Translations under genes and position numbers: made by a program
From: Escherichia coli
GTDB lineage: Bacteria > Pseudomonadota > Gammaproteobacteria > Enterobacterales > Enterobacteriaceae
Assembly: GCF_965641715.1 (NCBI RefSeq)
Contig: NZ_OZ282453.1
DNA length: 64,000 bases
Strand: one strand, 5' to 3'
The notes under the pieces: model-generated
Seen by the model: the letters and a program-made list of their open reading frames with translations, nothing else
What the model was told of the DNA's origin: nothing
Database searches by the model: none
Shown: positions 63,357-64,000 of the stretch, in pieces
How the letters are laid out: each line of letters starts with the position of its first letter
Numbering within the stretch: position 1 is the first letter of the stretch

Positions 63357-64000
63357 ATGTCGCGAAAAGATGGGGTGTTGGCGCTACTGGTAGTGGTCGT
63401 ATGGGGGCTAAATTTTGTGGTCATCAAAGTGGGGCTTCATAACATGCCACCGCTGATGCTGGCCGGTTTGCGCTTTATGCTGGTCGCTTTTCCGGCCATC
63501 TTTTTTGTCGCACGACCGAAAGTACCACTGAATTTGCTGCTGGGGTATGGATTAACCATCAGTTTTGCACAGTTTGCCTTTCTCTTCTGCGCCATTAACT
63601 TTGGTATGCCTGCTGGACTGGCTTCGCTGGTGTTACAGGCTCAGGCGTTTTTTACTATCGTGCTTGGCGCGTTTACTTTCGGTGAGCGACTGCATGGCAA
63701 ACAATTGGCGGGGATCGCCTTAGCGATTTTTGGCGTACTGGTGTTAATCGAAGATAGTCTGAACGGTCAGCATGTGGCGATGCTCGGCTTTATGTTGACC
63801 CTGGCGGCAGCATTTAGTTGGGCGTGTGGCAACATCTTCAATAAAAAGATCATGTCGCACTCAACGCGTCCGGCGGTGATGTCGCTGGTAATCTGGAGCG
63901 CATTAATCCCAATCATTCCCTTCTTTGTTGCCTCGCTGATTCTCGATGGTTCCGCAACCATGATTCACAGTCTGGTCACTATCGATATGACCACTATCTT
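63357..64000 (+). CDS. eamA: Cysteine/O-acetylserine exporter EamA (YdeD), N-terminal part (continues beyond window end)
   Basis: ATG 63357: MSRKDGVLALLVVVVWGLNFVVIKVGLHNMPPLMLAGLRF...; open to window end; not in ORF track because truncated. Confidence 0.85.
   Translation, partial: MSRKDGVLALLVVVVWGLNFVVIKVGLHNMPPLMLAGLRFMLVAFPAIFFVARPKVPLNLLLGYGLTISFAQFAFLFCAINFGMPAGLASLVLQAQAFFTIVLGAFTFGERLHGKQLAGIALAIFGVLVLIEDSLNGQHVAMLGFMLTLAAAFSWACGNIFNKKIMSHSTRPAVMSLVIWSALIPIIPFFVASLILDGSATMIHSLVTIDMTTI

Overview
This window is an Escherichia coli-type chromosomal segment interrupted by a ~45.6 kb lambdoid prophage (about 6607..52215). Host genes on the left are ynfE(partial)-ynfD-ynfC-speG-ynfB-ynfA-rspA-rspB; on the right ydfI-ydfZ-ydfH-ydfG-dcp-ydeJ-ydeI-dgcZ-mgtS-ydeE-eamA(partial). 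The prophage sits inside the 5' end of the MFS transporter gene ydfJ, the site that (from memory) holds the defective Qin prophage in K-12, but here it looks complete: integrase/excisionase, a RecE-like exonuclease, a DicA/DicC-type immunity switch with DicF sRNA and DicB, a replication module with ori iterons, hokD, DUF968/RusA/Q, pR'-tR' with two tRNAs, a phage-21-type lysis cassette, cold-shock/gns morons, terminase, portal, protease-capsid fusion, a lambda-like tail (U,V,G/T,H,M,L,K,I,J), lom, side tail fibre, tfa and a Pin invertase. Two places stand out as candidate undescribed biology. One is an AT-rich, oppositely oriented orphan gene for a 449-aa protein of unknown fold (15673..17022), in the slot where K-12 Qin carries relBE. 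The other is a pair of tandem outer-membrane lipoproteins whose C-termini strongly resemble TolA domain III (22384..23358), in the slot where Stx phages carry stx. All gene identities rest on reading the translations and on remembered family sequences and synteny; no database search or computation was run, and coordinates of starts are judged from RBS and overlap patterns.
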